Of a DNA stretch of 64,000 nucleotides, positions 1-14,500 are shown piece by piece. The notes under the pieces were generated by a model. That model had not been told where the DNA came from. It searched no databases and was given only the letters and a program-made list of their open reading frames with translations. Positions within the stretch are counted from its first letter, which is position 1. Each line of letters starts with the position of its first letter. Position numbers and translations under genes: made by a program. The stretch comes from Vicugna vicugna. Its lineage: Eukaryota. The DNA lies in NCBI GenBank assembly GCA_013265495.1, contig MU057651.1:1933674-1997673 (forward strand), in the 5' to 3' direction.

Positions 1-14
1 ATTTTATGTTACTT

Positions 15-990
15 TACTTTGTTTCTTTTAGTAAAAATTGTATATGTTTAAGGTGTACAAAGTGATGATTTGGTATACATATAAATAGTGAAGTGGTAAC
101 TGGAGTAAAATTAAGTAACAAATCATCTCATCTTTTGGGAGATGCTAAGAGCACCTTAAATCTACTGTCTTAGCAAATGTCCAGTATTATCCGTTACAGT
201 CGTCATGTTATACGTTCACTCTCTAGAATTACTCACCTTAAAGAACTGCAACTGTGTCACGTTCTACCAACACCTCCTCACTTTTTCTACCTCCTCCCAC
301 CATTCCACTGTCTGCTTCCAATGGATCCCCTATTTCAGATTGCATATAAACAAGGTCATGCATATATATGTATGTTCTTTATTTCTGTGTGTGGCTCCTT
401 TCACTTAGCATAATGTCCTCCAGTTTCAATCATGTTGCACATGGCAAGATCTTTTTGAAGACCGAATAATATTCCATTTTATATATTTAGGAATTTCTTA
501 TTCATTCATTCATTCATTCATTCATTAACACTTTTTACTGATTTATAATCATTTTACAATATTGTGTCAAATCCCAGTTTGGGCACAGTTTTTTAGTTAT
601 CCAGGAACACACATATATTCATTGTCACATTCTTTTTTGCTGTGAGCTACCCCAAGATCTTGTAAATATTTCCCTGTGCTCAGCAGTATAATCTTGTTTA
701 CTTATTCTACATTTTGAAATCCCAGTCTGTCCCTTCCCACCTCCCGCCCTCATTTAGCAATTTCTTTCTTTATTCACCCATCAAGTGACACATAGGTCAT
801 TTCCAGATTGTGGATATTATGATTAATGTTACATGAGCAGGGGAGTTCAGCTATCCCTTCGAGGCACTGATTTCCCTTGTTTTGGGTTTATACGCACAAG
901 ACGGATTGCAGGATCATGGGATACTTGGATTTCTCTTTTTTTTTTTTTTTTGAGAAAACGCTATACTATGTTCCACAATGACTGAACCAT
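15..990 (-). mobile_element. Old L1 (L1MA-like) 3' end, interrupted by a younger L1 tail
   Basis: Antisense L1 3'-end motifs: tcttagcaaatgtccag, ctttcacttagcataatgtcctccagttt, gaataatattccatt, ggattgcaggatcatggg, ctatactatgttccacaatgactg. Confidence 0.8.
500..751 (-). mobile_element. Young camelid-type L1 3' fragment with (GAAT)n tail
   Basis: Reverse complement matches the 3' UTR of the L1 at 52960-53170; TSD atttag(g/c)aatttctt at 485-499 and 752-766. Confidence 0.85.
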
Positions 991-1399
991 GATGCATGAC
1001 TAGAGGAATGAATGAATAAGCATAAATGGTAACTGTAAATGCAAATTTGGGAAAATAGAAACAGTTCAGGAATTTTAGGTGGAAATACAAGCAGTTGGAA
1101 CGTCCTTCCCTGGGCACAGGTGTTGTCTATTCTAGGAACAAATTCGAAGGAAAAGGGAATGTCGGGGTGTTCGGGAGGTACACTTACCCCTTTGAATATC
1201 TGCTGGTGGTTTGTGCCAGTTATGGCCATACTTACATCAGCACGGGTCTGTCCTTGTCTATGTTTTGATGGAAAAATGGGTTTCTGGGCCTTTAGCATCA
1301 ACATGATGGAAAATAGGAGGGGGAGGTTAGCTACAACCGTTCCTCGGACGGAATGTGCCCCAGACTGAGAGCGATCGCACCGAGCACGCACCGAAACCA

Positions 1400-1523
1400 G
1401 GACGAGACTCCCATCTCCAGATCCCACAGAAACAAAGTCCCTTTTGTCACATAAGATAACATGTCTGCAGGTTTGGGGAATTAGGGCTGGACACTGAAGG
1501 GGAGGCATCATTCCGTCTACCAC
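1400..1523 (-). mobile_element. MaLR (MLT1-type) LTR fragment
   Basis: Minus strand gtggtagacggaatgatgcctcccc...ccctaattcccc...tgttatcttatgtgacaaaagggacttt resembles the recalled MLT1 5' end. Confidence 0.7.
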
Positions 1524-3426
1524 GGGGCTTCAGGTACATTTTCTCATAATCTGCACGATGATTATCACGAGTGACCAAAAAGACTGAATCACATTTACTT
1601 TGTGCAGAATTTATGGTTCGCAGAGAAGGGATAGAAAACTCCATCCATCTCTCGCCCCACATCTTTAAAACCACCTACATTTCTACATGTAGGTGACGCT
1701 GATCTTAAACTACGAGCTCCAGTAATGAGCGCTCGCGGGGTTGGCTTGATTGCATTTTAAAGGAGGGCTTCTGTGGTTTTGCACTTACTGGAATTCCTGA
1801 GCACCAGCAATGCGTGCGTTAAAACTTACTTTCCTCCGTCAGATTGGACTGAGTCTCATTTTGGAGGTGCTGCTCCATGAGGAAAGTTTCCATGGTTGTG
1901 GCAACCCGTGCACCCTGGGCAGGCTCAGGCCACATGGGCTGAAAATGAGCAGAGGAGACGTTCCCACACTGGGTTTCTCCATTTGAAAATCTGTCTAAAT
2001 GTCTCCATTTGGCTCAGACTCCATCCAAAGCGAATGCTACGCAGCGAAATCAATTCCGGACCCATATGAGCAAAACGGGAAGTTTCTGGAAGGAGGATGA
2101 TGAAATTATTCTGTGTCCTGAATGTGGGGTGGTCACGTCCATCCGTGCATCGGTCAAACTTAACTGTATTTTAAATTTGCTGTTTTTATCACGTATAACT
2201 GGCAGAAGGTGATGTCAAAACCTGGACAGTGTGTCAATTTGAGAAAATTCCCGTTCACTGTTTGGAGCATCCGTCAGCCTGGCCTGGCCTGTGATGGAAA
2301 AGCCAGCAGGGCCAGAGCGTCAATGGGACAGGGGTGTTTAATGCCAAGTGGAAAATGAGACGAGGCTATAAGTGGGTCCAACCTGGCCGAGAATAGGGAA
2401 CGCAGTGATTTGGAGAACCATACAAATATCACACATTTTTTTTCCCCAACACCTTAATTCCAAGTCAGCCCAGATTCTGGGATTGTCTCCTGGTTTTCTG
2501 CTCCACCCAGAACCAAAATTAACCCCGATCTTGGCCACGCCCAGGTCTACAGGTGGACAGGACAGCCGGCAGTGATGGCCCGATCAGAGTGCACATCGGA
2601 CACTTACCAGTCCATGCCTAGAGGTGACCCTCGTAGCTCCCAGTTTTCCATCGCTCCCAGGATTTATCTGGTGTAGCAGGGTAGGTGTGCGATGCACAAA
2701 GCATGCAAAGGTGTGACTGTGCACCCTTCTCCTCTCCTGTCACCCAAAGCCAGGTCTCCGTGAGAATATAAACTTTTCTTCTATTGTATCTTCTATGGGT
2801 GTTGTTGACAATGGCAATCTTTGGAGGGGTCCCACTGGAGTAATTAACAGTGAAGGATGGTTTTATAGGCAGTGAATTTTAAAATGTATTTATTTTAATT
2901 TTTTATGTGTCTTTTTCTGGCCTACAGCACAATGTCCCGGTCCTGCATATACATACATATATTCATTTTTTTTTGGCAGTGATTTTGATGAGTGATGAAT
3001 GGGGTCCCCTTGCTTGGGTTTTCAAACAGTCCTTTTTGAGGAAGCAACTATGGTCTTTAAACTGAATTATGAGGACTCAATCCAAAGAAGGTCCAGACAG
3101 AGAGCATTTTTAGCAGATGAGGGAGGTGTGCCCCAGCGCTGAATTAGGAACACACGTGAAGGGGTGAGCAGATGCAAATATGGCAAATACTGCTGGAACA
3201 TAGCAAACCGAAAAGAGAGTGTCAGGCTGAGTCCTTCGATAAAGGCTTTCCACCCAGGTCACACGTGCTCCAAATGTGAGTGTCTGAGTTGAGGCCATCG
3301 CTGGCAACCCTTTGCTTGAAGGACTCAGGAAATGAGAGGATGAATCTGAATCATACATCATTTTTCTTCTGAGTTTGCAACTTTGGGAAAAGTTCATTCT
3401 GCACACATAAAGAATCATACAACTGG

Positions 3427-3477
3427 ACTGTAAAATGATTATGTCAATAAAAATGTTAAAAAAATCAAAATTAAAAA
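3427..3477 (+). mobile_element. Ultra-short L1 3' tail insertion
   Basis: actgtaaaatgattatgtcaataaaaatgtt plus A tail; TSD aaagaatcata(c/t)aactgg at 3409-3426 and 3478-3495. Confidence 0.85.
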
Positions 3478-6400
3478 AAAGAATCATATAACTGGCTTTA
3501 GTGTGATTTTTCAAGGCAAAATTGAAAACGTTTCAATTTAAAACTTGAAGTTACTTGCAAAGTGGATTATGTCCACTTGTTTTTTGTTTTTGTTTGTTTG
3601 ATTTTGTGTTTTTTTTTTCACTCTATAGAAATGTGTCTTCTTTTGCTGAGAAAATTCACTAAGTAGCTCAAAATGACCCTGGGTCATGTTGTGTTTGAAA
3701 CTATGATCTTAAAAAAAAAAAAAAATTGCCTTCCCAGGTTGAAAATTCAGGTTTATTGATTGTAATGGAGAAGCAAATTTTTCCACAATGACAGAATCCT
3801 GCTTGTAATGAGGGATCCTTAATGAAGGCAAGCGCGTTCCCTTCGGGGCTCACACGCTGGCACTACCAAATGTGTTACTTCCACTGTTTACTGAGTGAGT
3901 GAAAATAAGTTTATCAAAATGAGAATGAACCTTGAAAACCTGCAAAATTTCAGGGGCTTCCAATTAATTGTGACAAGTCCCCATACAGATGGGCAATTGC
4001 CCTTATAAAGCCCCTGAATTTTAACAGAGTGAAAAGCATGGGGGTTCAAGTCCTCTTCAGCGAATATCTTAAAATGGGTGTAGACCATTCAGATGTCTTT
4101 GCTATGAGTCGATCAGCTTGCATCACCGCATAATCTTCCTGCACTGAGAAAGCAAGATAATGAATCTGGTTTTTTTTTTTTCCTTCATTAGAAAAGGAAA
4201 GAAATGAATGGACCAAATTTCTGGTGTCCTGCTAATTGGAAATGGGGAGATAATGAGGGGTTTGCACTCGGACGGTTCCAGATTAAAATTCCAGCTTTTT
4301 TTTTTTTTTCCCTCGACTGCATTTGTGACGTGGAGTAATGCTTTCATCTCGTTCGAGCCTCTGTCCTTTTCATTTGCAAGATGGAAAAGATGTGTCACTT
4401 CATAGACTAAGGGTGGCAGTTCCATTGTATGAAGTGATGGCTCAGGGCCGGGCAGGTGATGGCGATAATGGCTCATGTTCACTGAGGACATACGTGGCCC
4501 AGCGGCTCTTGCCCACTCCCCACCCCCGGGATGCGCGATGCTGTTTCAGGCTCACAGCAACTGCGTGTAGCAAGTACCATGTGTCACTCCAGTCACACGA
4601 GTGGCTCACGATTACCCTGAATTCCTTCACAGTTATTTACCTTCGGTGCCACACGATTGCTTTACTTCATGTTTACTTACTTAGTTCCTGTTCCTCGACC
4701 ACAGGACATTTAGATTCAGCTCAGGATAAGCTACAACAGATTAAAACAAGATGCAAGTTAGTGGATAACCACGTAGTATTTCAAAGTTCAATGAGGAATG
4801 AAAATGTACAGGATGTTTAGTGCGAGGCTAGACATTCAAAAAAATATGTTGAAACATTAAAAGAGCTGAACTCTTATCCTGTGCCCTTAGATTCCAGGAG
4901 CTAAGCCGTTTATGTAAATCAGTTTTGTAAATCAGTAACACACGCATCATGCCATTTTTTTTTCTTTTTTTGGTGCAATGAGGTGATATCATTAAATAAC
5001 CACGAGAGCCCCTTTCAGATACAAAGTTCTACGAGGAACACCACTTAGGCATCGAACGTTCACACGCTGACCGTGTGCCAGGTGCCCGCTTTGAGTTTTA
5101 GGTCTGCACGTGGAAGAATGAGCAGGTGCACACAGTTTCCCAGGTCCCAGCTCAGAGTCTGTTAGAGGAGGGAGACCTGCATCGAGGGGTGACCTGGGGG
5201 AAAGAGGATGGAGTGTGAGAAAGAGGCCACACTAGACTTGGCAATGGCTTCCCTGATGAAGTCATGGCAATGTCAGGCCAGACGGTGCACAGGAATTATG
5301 CAGGTGAACGGTGACTGTGGGAGAAGGCCCCAAGAGAGGTAAGAGCTGGTCTTATTTTAGGAGAGGGTAAGGAGACGGGTGACTTCACCATTTTTGTAGA
5401 TAAAAGCATTCAGGTGTCAGTTTTGCCATCTGGTCGACCTAACAGGGACAGCTGCAATGAGACAGGTGCGCCCAGAGCACAGAGCACGGGACAGGGTGGG
5501 TCCCCCAGATGCTGAAAGTCCTTTGACTGTGAGAGAAGGCGTCTCTAGCACTGTCCTAAAGGGAACCTATAGAACCAAATATCCGGAAACATGGGGAGAG
5601 ACCGTCCCTGAAGACAAGGAAATCCCTTGCCGTGTGGACATCCTGTTTCTCCATTAAGGGGAACAGACATGGTCTCCAAATGGGGACAGACGTACAAATT
5701 TTTCTTCTTGTCTCTCATGGGGAAATAGTAGTTATTGTTCAAAATTTTATTTAAACAGTGACTTCCTGCAACACCTAGCCCACCTCTGTGCAATTTCTCT
5801 ACGCACTTCTGGAGGGACATTCAGGGTGGGTTTGCCATCAGCGCGATTTGGGTTGAACCCAGAGATCTGGGGTTAGGGAAAGAACCAGAGCGGGTTAACC
5901 TGCGAATTCCTGTGCGCCGACCTAACCCAGGGAGCATGGTCCATCTGAAACCCAGACTGCAGCTGCTTAAAGATCTGAGCGACATTATCGGTTTTAAATT
6001 GATGTTCAGTTCACATCAAAACGTGACATCTCTTGGATGCCGGTGGATGCCAAGATATGTGGCCAAGGAAACGTCTGTGCCGGAAAACAGGGACTTCTCC
6101 ACGACCACAGCATCTTCAATATTTTCTCTGAAAAATAGCCCCTTTGTGGGCTGTTAATACCATTTCCTTTATTTGCTGTTTTTTCTCGTTTTTTTTAGAC
6201 CTGCAGGGCAATGATGAAAGCACACATTCCTCTCCTGACCTGATCACCTTTATTTATAAACTTGCTACATTGTTTCCGGTAGTTACCTTTGTCAGCCAAA
6301 AATAATTCCTTCCCACTCCTAGCTTGCTTATTGATAGTTTGTTTTAATAAGTGTGTTTTAATTTTATTGTAGGATTTTTCTGCACCAACTTAATGACTGC

Positions 6401-7677
6401 ATCCTTTGCATGCTTTCCGCTATTAATAGGTTTATATTCATTGATTTTCTGACACTGAAAATACTGAAAATAAATGCACACAAATTGTTCACTTTTATAC
6501 ATTGCTGGTTAGGATTTTTTAGTTAATTTATGAAAAAACTTACACTTACATCAACAATGAGATTGGATGGTGTTGGCTTTATTCTTTGGTGCTCTTTTGT
6601 TTGGTGTTGGAAGCAGGATTATACGAGTTTTATAAAATTAGCCCAAGCCTTCCTTTTTTATTCATCTCCTTGTATTAAAATAGAGATTTTCTGCCTTATG
6701 TGAAGTTGAGTAAAGGGGATTTTCCTTCATGGGGACAGAACTGTGCAAGGGAAGAATTCCTCCTGGACTGCAGACTCATTACTCCCCAGGGCATGATGCT
6801 CTCATGCAGTGACAACCACGAGCGCTTGGCTCTGAATCCAAGACGTGCTCAAGTTTCTGCAAAAGTTCTCACCTGGGGCGCAGAACTGCCTTTGCTTCTG
6901 GGTCTCGTTTCATCTCAAATCACTGGGAATCTGAGGCTGAGTGGTCAGTTTTCTTAATACCTGTAAGTATGCCTGGACTTCTTGGAAAGCTGTGGCACTC
7001 CTTAAAACACCTGTTTTCAAACAGTTCCCACCTTTCAGTAGGTTATTTTTTTTTCTTTTCTGCTTTTAAATTGAAGCATATTCAGTTACAATGTGTCCAT
7101 TTCTCCGGATCTCTCTGGTCTCGACAGAAAAAGGATGGAGTGAGAAATCCAGCGACACCTGCGTTTGTAAATTATGGAAAAACCTTTCTGCATACACTGA
7201 ATTTCCTCTTTAGCTATGAGGTGGTCTCCCTTGCTGCATCCATGTCACTAAGAGCTGATTTATTTCTCCGTCAGGAGAATTCATTTGAACCCTATTGTAT
7301 CCATGAGCAAGGCCATTTGATCCCCACGCCTAATCTTAGTGGATGAAATCTCCTGCCTTCTCCAGGCAGAGTTTATGTCACTTTACCTAACACCTTATTT
7401 TGATGAAGAATGGAGTCTTGGGTGATGCAGGTGTGTCATTCTGTAACTTCAGGATGGTGGAACACATCGTCCCCAGATGCGTAAGGATGGCACAGGGGGA
7501 CTCACGTGCAAGTCCCTCATTATTCACCTTTCCCAGGGCTTGCTCACCTCTTTAGAACAAGCGCAAAGCATTCTCAGAGTAACAGTGACGTGAGTTTTCG
7601 GATCTGATCTGACTTCTCTTGAAATTGCTATTCCGTCTCGGGCTCTTTATGTAGGAGCGAGATGTGGTTTAGCAGGG

Positions 7678-8087
7678 TTATTTTATTTTATTATTATTTT
7701 TTGTAAATTGAAGCGCGGTCAGTTACCATGTGTCAATTTCTGGTGCACAGCACGACGTCCCCGTCATGCAGATCCAGACATGCATTTGCTCTCATATTCT
7801 TTTTTTCATTAAAGGTTATTGTAAGATATTGAATATAGTTCCCTGCGCTCCAGAGAAGACATTTTTAAAATCTATTTTTATATATAGTGGTTAATATTTG
7901 CAAATCTCAAACTCCCAAATGTATCCCCTCCCACCCTCTTTACCCACTGTTTCCATAAGCTTGTTTACTACGTCTGCGAGTCTGTTTCTGCTTCGTAGAT
8001 GAGTTCATTAGTGTCCTCTCCCCCCCCTTTTTTTAATTCCACATATCAGTGGTATCATATGGCATTTTTCTTTCTCCTGCTGGCTTA
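7678..8087 (-). mobile_element. Camelid-type L1 3' end
   Basis: Reverse complement of the L1 3' UTR seen at 41280-41730 (tttgcaaatctcaaactcccaaat, ttccacatatcagtggtatcatatgg). Confidence 0.85.
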
Positions 8088-9059
8088 ATTAAACCAAGTA
8101 ATATACAACCAATAGTGATTGCTCCTTGACTGCTTTGTAAAAAATGATGTCCTGGTATTGCCCATACAGTGCTGAATCTGATCATATATTTGAACAATGG
8201 GAATGCCTGAGGCAGTCATTTTAAATAATTTCTTTGATTCTCAATACGCTATTATAATAATATGGTTTCTGTAGGTCAGCTCACCACTTTGGGTCATGGC
8301 AGCATAGTTTGGACGTAGACACAGAATTGTGAATCAAACATTTTTTTCCTATCATTTTATTTAACCTTCCAATGAAACATGTGTGCATGTAGATACAGAC
8401 ACGTCAGATACAGTAGGAGGCGTTCCCGAGCCCAAGGTCGGTGAGCAGAAATTGCAAGCAGGTTGCTAAGTACGCAGAGCAGGGAGCCCCCGGGAACCTG
8501 GGCAAAGACAGAAGGCCAGCATCCAGCTGAGCTGGGGTCGCGAGGGTCTGTCCTGCCAGCGATGGGAGCACTAAGAACCCGCTTCTGCAAGTCCAGGCTG
8601 GTGGCATTGGAGGACACCTTTGCTTAAGAAAAGCACGCAAGAAAGAAAAAGATCACATGGGAAATTCAGACCCCCGAATTAAACAGAATACATGGCCGTG
8701 GTCTAAGTTTGCACTACTCAGCTTAGGCCACAATGACCTAAAACAGTGAACACAGGTGGACATGTATGTCGGTGATGGGAAGCAGACAAAACCAAACCTT
8801 CTCCGGAGAAGCTTGCATGGTCGTCCAAGGCGTCTCACGTTAGGCAGACAGACAGACGAACAGAAAAACCAAGGAACCCTCCACCGAAAAGTAAGTCCAC
8901 GAACAACAAAAATAAAACCAAATGGGACACGCCAGAGCAAAGATTCGTCGTGGACAAAACTCAGCACAAGCAAAATTGCGGGACTGCTGTCTTTCAAAAA
9001 ATGCCAGGTCAGAAGTCAGTCGAGAAAGAGACTGATGTGAAACGTCCCACGAAGTAAAA

Positions 9060-10130
9060 CTGCCGAAGAAACGTCAGAGCGATTGTAAACCAAAAGAGAA
9101 GAGCTATTCTGTGATGGAAGCCCGTGCAGAAGTGAAACAGAAGAAGGAAGGATTACCAGAAAGGAAGTATGGATCAGCTGGAGTTAAGAATTTAATAACT
9201 GGATTAAAAAACATTCAATTTTTCTTAGAAAGACTTCATGAACTGACAAGTGGATGTGAGGAAAATGCATGTATATAAAATACATGGTAGTTATATAATA
9301 TATAATACACATGGGTACGGGATCGTACGTGTGTCTAACATACGTACATATTATGGATACATAGATATATAAAAGTAAAAAAAAAGACACAAAAGATAGC
9401 ATGGAAAGGTCTGAAATAAATCTGATTAAATTACTGGGATTTAGAAAATCGAGTGGATGGTGTAAAAATAGTATTCAATAAAAATGCCTCAGGATTTTAT
9501 GGAAATAATCAGAGATTACCCTCAGGTTTAAGAATCAAGTGAAACTGCAAAATAGTAACAATAAAGAGAAATCCCCAAAAGACTGCGTAAATGGACAATA
9601 AGCAGACAAAAAGTACAGAGTAAGGAGAGAGACGAGATAAACATTAAATTTTTTAAACATTTTTTATTGATTTATATCATTTCACAATGTTGTGTCCAAT
9701 TCCAGTGTAGAGCACAATTTTTCAGATGTTTTTAAATGACGCAGCTTACCATGCTAACTTTTTTCAATAACAATTCGAGTGAAAGGAAATTAATAGCAAC
9801 TTGGGAAAAGAAAAATGAATTTATCCTGGAAAAAGACTGGTACAAAAGAATGCACAGCAAACACAAAATTCAGTAACAACAACAAAAAAAATGGAAGTAC
9901 TGCCTTTAATAAATTTCCATTTGCAACGTACAATGCTATTCTGGAAATCTTAGCCAGTGTATTAGAAATACAAACAAATTGTTTAAAAGTGAAAGAAATA
10001 AACCTACATGTCATCGTTTTTAAAGGAAAAAATTTAAAGGAAAAAGCAAATGGTTCTGAACACAATCTATAAAATCAAATCCGAGTTGCCAGCAAGCTTT
10101 CTGGCTATAAAAGCAATCTATTTATGACCA
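9060..10130 (+). mobile_element. Highly decayed ancient L1 remnants, with a young minus-strand L1 tail at ~9648-9724
   Basis: A-rich; ctattctggaaatcttagccagtg resembles the ORF2 ILEVLA region; 9655-9722 is the reverse complement of the young L1 terminus. Confidence 0.45.
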
Positions 10131-11149
10131 ACTATTTAAGAATGTAATTAGAAATTGAACATCGTGGACAAATGCTCTTGAAAACTTTGAGATTCCCCTG
10201 TGATTATTCAGTTCAGATTCAGCACATAATGGGAGAAAAAATTGAGATCAGGGAACAAAAACACCCCCAAAGGGTTAGAGGAAGCAGTCGATGTTGCGCA
10301 GGACTGGAGGTCGTCTGCCCTGCAGCCAGCCAGGGTGGACAAAGCCGTCATCGAAGGGACCCCAGGAGGCATACGCAGAGGGTGTCGGGCAGAAACTGGC
10401 CCCAGACTAACGGCTGCTCCAATCGGACCTGAGTCAGGAGAGCTTATATTTCCAAGTAAGACGTAGAAAAAAGGATGGCTTTACCCTGGTGCCTGACAAT
10501 GTTTCTGTATCTGACTCAGCCTCCAAGAGAGCGTAAGTGGGTAAAACCCGAAACACCAACACGAGCAAGCACGCCACCGCGGGATTATTCGCAAGAGGCC
10601 AAAGCAGGCGACAACTCATATTCGTCCACGTGCGGGGAGCGGGGGAGGCAGAGAGTCAGAAATGCTGCCGTGTTTGGGACAAAGCATCGTCATCCAGCTG
10701 GTACTGACATGGCATTGAGTATTGTAAATAACCTACTGCGCTGAAAAAATAAAAAACAAAGGCAAACGTTTAAAAAAAAATTTTTTTTTTTATTGGAGGT
10801 AGATTTGAATAGGTAACTTGATTTTGCTATAAGCTAACTGGCTGGGTCTTCGCTTCTGGTGGCTGTTTCCTTTTTTAACTCCGTTCCTTTTATCTTGGGG
10901 TTTCCTCTTGGCGACTTGCATCCAGGTAGCGTCTCTGTGCTGCAGAGAGCCAGGTCCCCACCGTCTACACGTGAGCTTCCAAGCTTTCCGCCTCCCCCCA
11001 AATATGCACCTTCCTGGTCCTGTTCCGCTGCTGTAAGCATTTCTCCCTCTTCCCCATCTAGATTGTAAGAATGTCTGGGGTAGGAACCCTGTCTTTGGGT
11101 ATTTTTCTTTAAATCCAGGATCTGGATGTGTTGGGGTGTCTTCTGCAAT

Positions 11150-11385
11150 ACTGGAGTATAATTGATTTACAATTGTATATTAGTTTCAGGGGCACAACAT
11201 AGTGATTCCGTATTTTTATAGCTTATGCTCCACTTCAAGTTATTACAGAACAATGGCTGTAGCCCAGGTGCTGTCATTGTATTCTTATTAATTATCTATT
11301 TTGTAAATAGCCATTTGTATGCCTTAATCCCATACCCCTGTCTTGCTCCTACCTCCTCCCCTCTCCCCACTGTCAGCCACTCCTA
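11150..11385 (-). mobile_element. L1 3' end fragment
   Basis: ggagtataattgatttacaattgtatattagtttcaggggcacaacatagtgattc is a typical antisense L1 terminus. Confidence 0.75.
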
Positions 11386-11389
11386 CCAT

Positions 11390-11568
11390 TTTTGTTTTGT
11401 TTTTGGTGTTCTTGAGTATTTTGTTTGTTTGTTTGTTTGGTAGGGAGGTGATTAGGTTTATTTACTTATTTATCGCGTTATTATTATTTAATGGAGGGAC
11501 TGGGGATAGAACCCAGGACCTCGTGCATGCTCAGCACACGCTCTACCCCTGAGCTACGCCCTCCCCGC
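11390..11568 (-). mobile_element. tRNA-derived camelid SINE (Vic-1-like)
   Basis: Minus strand gggagggcgtagctcaggggtagagcgtgtgctgagcatgcacgaggtcctgggttc with Pol III A/B boxes and an A-rich tail. Confidence 0.85.
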
Positions 11569-14500
11569 CACACCGTTCTTTTTTTCATCTACAGTATTAG
11601 AGTGATATGAGGCTATTCCGCTGTTTCCAAATATTGGGAAATTAGAATGACGTCAAACAAAATTTTCCACCCCCTCCCTCTCTCCCATGCATTCCTCAAA
11701 AAGCATTTCCCCCCTCAACACACATATGCACACACACACACAGGTGGGACAAATCATCACAAAGAAGAAACGCATATCTTTAGACAGAAATAAATTTGTA
11801 AATGAATTCAACTAAAAACCACATCCCGTATGAATTTAGATAGTTGCCAATTTAATTTGAAGCACAGATTACAGATTTCCTGTTTTCTCGCAAAGATGAG
11901 GAAAATGCCTTTTTTTCTGTAGGAAAATCTTCCGCTAGTTTACTCAGAAATGTATTCCCATAGTTATCAGTGTAGATTTTTCCGCCCTGTGCTGTATACT
12001 TTCTGGAGTCAGAGAAATGACACCACATTTATAGAAACCCTACATGTGCTGAATTATACATGCTGTTTCATTTAATACATGCAGCACACGGTTTTATAAA
12101 GAAGATTTATAGATTGGGGGACTGCAATTCAGAGATTTTAACACAGTCATCCAAAGCCATATGATAATTCATAATGCAATATTTACAGACTTAAGAAGTA
12201 AAACATTCAGAAGACAGTAGAAAAGAGCAATGGTTTCACTGGAACAGTAATTACGCAGGGAACAGAGTGTTTCAGATTTGCAATAGCAAAGTTAAGTTTT
12301 CCGTGAGATTTCCAAAATTAACTAATGTAAAAATGAACTTCAATATAATAGGATATTTTCATTTCAAGCTGGAGCTATGAATTTGTTAATAGGAATTACT
12401 CTCTGTGGCTGCTGGATTTTCTCTACCTATTTCTTCCTGGTCTTATCATTTGTCTACAGACCATTTATAACAAACAGCCGATATAAACAACAAACTGCAA
12501 CAAAAAAACCCACAGTGGCTAAAAAAAAAGAAAAGAGAAAAAGAAAAAAGCCAGAGCAAATGGAAAGTCATCCATTCACGGGAGCTGAGTATTTCTACTT
12601 CTCTGTAAAAGCTTCTCCCAGGATTGCCACAGAACAGCAGCGGCGTGCCCACGGCGAATTGGGGTTCTGATTCGGCCCCCTTGAAAAGATTCCTGCTTTA
12701 GGAGAAATGTCTGCCTTTGAAAATGCAGGTTACAGTGCCGTTCATAATGGCCGCGACGTTATTCGAAGAGCTTTGCTTCCGTTTAATCTTAAAATAGTTT
12801 TGCAGGATTATTATTTTCCTTTTTTCAGGAGGACTTGCATGGATGTGGGGGAAAAATGACTCTTTCAATTCTACTCTGTCCTTGAAACCTCCTCATAATT
12901 TTATTTTAGTTTTGTGTTTTTTTTTTCACGGAGACAGGTCCTTTGGTTCAGGACTGTGTTGCACAGAATCTTAATAAATGCAAAGAAAAGTGTCTGAGAA
13001 ATGCAACGTACCTGCAATTAATACTATAAAAGGGCCATATGTTTCCTTCCTTCAAGCCTCTTTATTGTGAAATTAATGCTTATCAAAATTGTCTTCGAAG
13101 ACCGTGTTAGTGTCGCTGCTACACTGACATTTAACGAGGAAAACATCGTTGACATTCACATGTAACTCTCTGAAATCAACAAGGTGTCAGAGAAACCACT
13201 CTGAAGTGGGTTAGAACCCCCATGTTACTTCCTGGTGACATAAATAAGTCTGAAAATGGCTTAAGTAAACGATGAAAAGCAACGCAGTGAAGGCGAAATG
13301 TCCAGTTGAGCACAAGCTCCAACAAACAGAAGACACTCAAATGCTTTTTTTTGGAGATCAGTTTGTAACACGATCTGAAGTTGCTCCCTTTATGTCTAAC
13401 CGTCATGATAATTTAAGGTAATTCTGCTTGGTGGGAGTTTGGACTGTGAACGTTCTCTTAGACGGTGGCTTTGCACAAAAGGTCTACAGGTAGCTAATGA
13501 AATTGTGCAGGTTAGTATCAGGGAAAAAAAATCGTGTTGCAAGAACTTAACCAAAAGTTGCTAGTGCGATACAATGTTGAGTTACATTTTAAGAAAAATT
13601 GTCATACAGTTCCATTGCTCAAAAGCTGAAACTCTGTTACACAAATTTGAAAACTAGTGTTTGATTCAGTCCCGGAGATAACAGGAGCTCTGTTTTATTT
13701 ATCTACTTGCTTCAATGCAATTGAATTATTCAGCAGTTTTTCATCTATCTCCCAATGATGCGTCTTCATGGATTTCTACTGAGAAACATTTTATTTTCTG
13801 TTTACACGAAAAACACTTGCTTCTAATTGGTTTCTCAATGAGTCTTTCTGATGTTTCTATGCTTCTGTTTCTAATTGATGAATGTAGCCCTGGTTTTCTG
13901 AAGGCATCTTTGATCTGCACATTCAAGATAAAATATTTTATTGCTAAGTACTCAAAGTATACAAATATTACCTTCAAAAGCCTAAGCAAACTGTATTTCT
14001 TACCAGAATGCCAGACACAGAAATCACCTAATAATTATTTGTAAGATTAGTGAGCAAGACGTAGTCCTACCTGATCTAAAGGAGGTAAAACCCGCCCTTC
14101 AACCCCTAGCATCTGTGTCATACAGTCATTTAGGAATTCCACTTCTTGGACTCTTTCCAAGGAAATGCAAATAAAAATGATGACAGCAATAAACAATGCA
14201 GGAACCATTTGTGGTGTCCGCCTGGCACGTGAGTCCCTGGCAAGGGACACGTCATATATGCAATAAACTGATTATTTCTTGGGACCGTCTTTGTAGTATT
14301 TCCCTTAAGTGAGGGAACCGAGGTTACAAGCCACGTGCAGCCGGTCACACAGAGTGAGCGGAAAGACTGACGCCAACCAGGTCTTTGAGCTTTCTTCCAC
14401 CCTCTGCCCTTTGAAGGCCAGTTTCTTTTATATTTAAATGTGATGCACAATATTGCAAAATCACAGAGGCGACTGACAGCAATCGAGTGGAGTTTATGCG

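Noticed and set aside
966..1523. 185-aa minus-strand ORF containing a GTAAGT donor
   Set aside because: It starts inside an MLT1 LTR, ends in L1 sequence and has no recognisable homology.
10434..10619. Short ORF with a signal-peptide-like hydrophobic stretch (MSCRLLWPLANNPAVACLLVLV)
   Set aside because: Weak donor, no downstream exons identified and no family recognised.
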